NCBI GenBank assembly: GCA_028534125.1
Contig: CM052817.1
Span: 97,094,001-97,158,000, forward strand
From: Lama glama
Taxonomy: Eukaryota
Reading direction: 5' to 3'
Length of the DNA: 64,000 nt
Shown here: piece after piece, positions 63,321-64,000 of the stretch
How the letters are laid out: every line of letters begins with the position of its first letter
Position numbering within the stretch: the first letter of the stretch is position 1
Translations under genes and position numbers: made by a program
Notes under the pieces: model-generated
The model's database searches: none
Told to the model about the DNA's origin: nothing
What the model saw: the letters and a program-made list of their open reading frames with translations, nothing else

Positions 63321-64000
63321 CTCAAGTGCGAACACAAGTACTCAGCAGATGGTCGTCTTCCCTGGAGTTTTCCATGGCCAGTCTTTTCAGAGATACCATG
63401 TGCCTTTCTAAGCAATATATTGATTCATTCTTTTTAAATGTTAAGAATGATTCTTCGTTTTTCCATTAAAGACAGTGGCTAGTTTTATTGTAAAGGAATC
63501 AGGGTTACGATTTTCATGAAGGAAAAGAAAGAGCCAGAGATGAGTCTGGTTTAAACCCAGGACATCTGGGTTTGTTTGGTTATGTTGATTGTAGGCAACA
63601 CTCTTAGGGTAATTTTTATCATGATCCACTGCAGCAAAAATGGGCCCTCCCGGAGAAAGGAGAATGCTCATTTTTATGAGCAAAGGGGAGGGAAAACAAT
63701 CATTTTATTTTAGTGTTATATTTATTTTATCATGATTTGTGCAACCATTGATCTAAATGAACAAATATCTGGCTTTAAAGTTAGCTGCAACGCAGATATC
63801 TCAGGGACCTGATACCTTGATAAGTTGTTAGAAATGCCTGAACTGAACCAAATACAGTCAGGAATTTGTTGCTGCCTGAATATACTCAGTTTTGCTGTTA
63901 TTTTTCTTTTGTCTGTTCTCTCTTCCATTCTTATAAAAATTTAAAAAAAAGGCAATATGTTCCTTGGCTTGAAACACCAAAAGATGTAAAATGATACAAA

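Noticed and set aside
38..63928. The many 60-170 aa ORFs in the ORF track as independent genes
   Set aside because: They are short, often begin at non-ATG codons, overlap transposon remnants or each other on both strands, and show no recognisable domains. This is the expected random background.
1..64000. A novel multi-gene, defence-like or CRISPR-like system
   Set aside because: The DNA is mammalian intron and exon sequence. There are no regularly spaced repeats with spacers and no operon-like ORF cluster, and all recognisable coding signal is ARHGAP10 or L1 debris.
50868..64000. Next ARHGAP10 exon (expected to begin roughly D-x-P-Y-P-S-K-E-D)
   Set aside because: I found no matching sequence with splice signals by eye; it probably lies beyond the window end.

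Overview
Mammalian intragenic DNA. The window holds four consecutive internal coding exons of ARHGAP10 (GRAF2) on the + strand: 59, 106, 160 and 151 nt, all with canonical AG/GT ends and compatible phases. They encode the C-terminal part of the RhoGAP domain and the Pro/Ser-rich linker after it, probably exons 16-19 by the human numbering as I recall it. The rest (>99%) is intron filled with transposable elements. These include eight tRNA-derived SINEs resembling camelid Vic-1 (so the source is probably a camel, alpaca or llama), many 5'-truncated cetartiodactyl-type L1 3' ends, a ~5 kb degenerate antisense L1, several solo LTRs, DNA-transposon relics and L2/MIR fragments. I found no evidence of a novel gene system, RNA gene or CRISPR array. 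The most interesting signals are retrotransposition and rearrangement scars readable from the sequence: (1) a TSD-bounded ~600 bp insertion that looks like an L1 3' transduction with a twin-priming inversion; (2) a SINE split by a ~175 bp micro-inversion, leaving its TSDs inverted; (3) SINE copies with AATAAA, an oligo-T and an A tail, one carrying extra flanking sequence; (4) two more twin-primed L1s. Repeat family names come from recalled consensus sequences, and the boundaries of old repeats are approximate.
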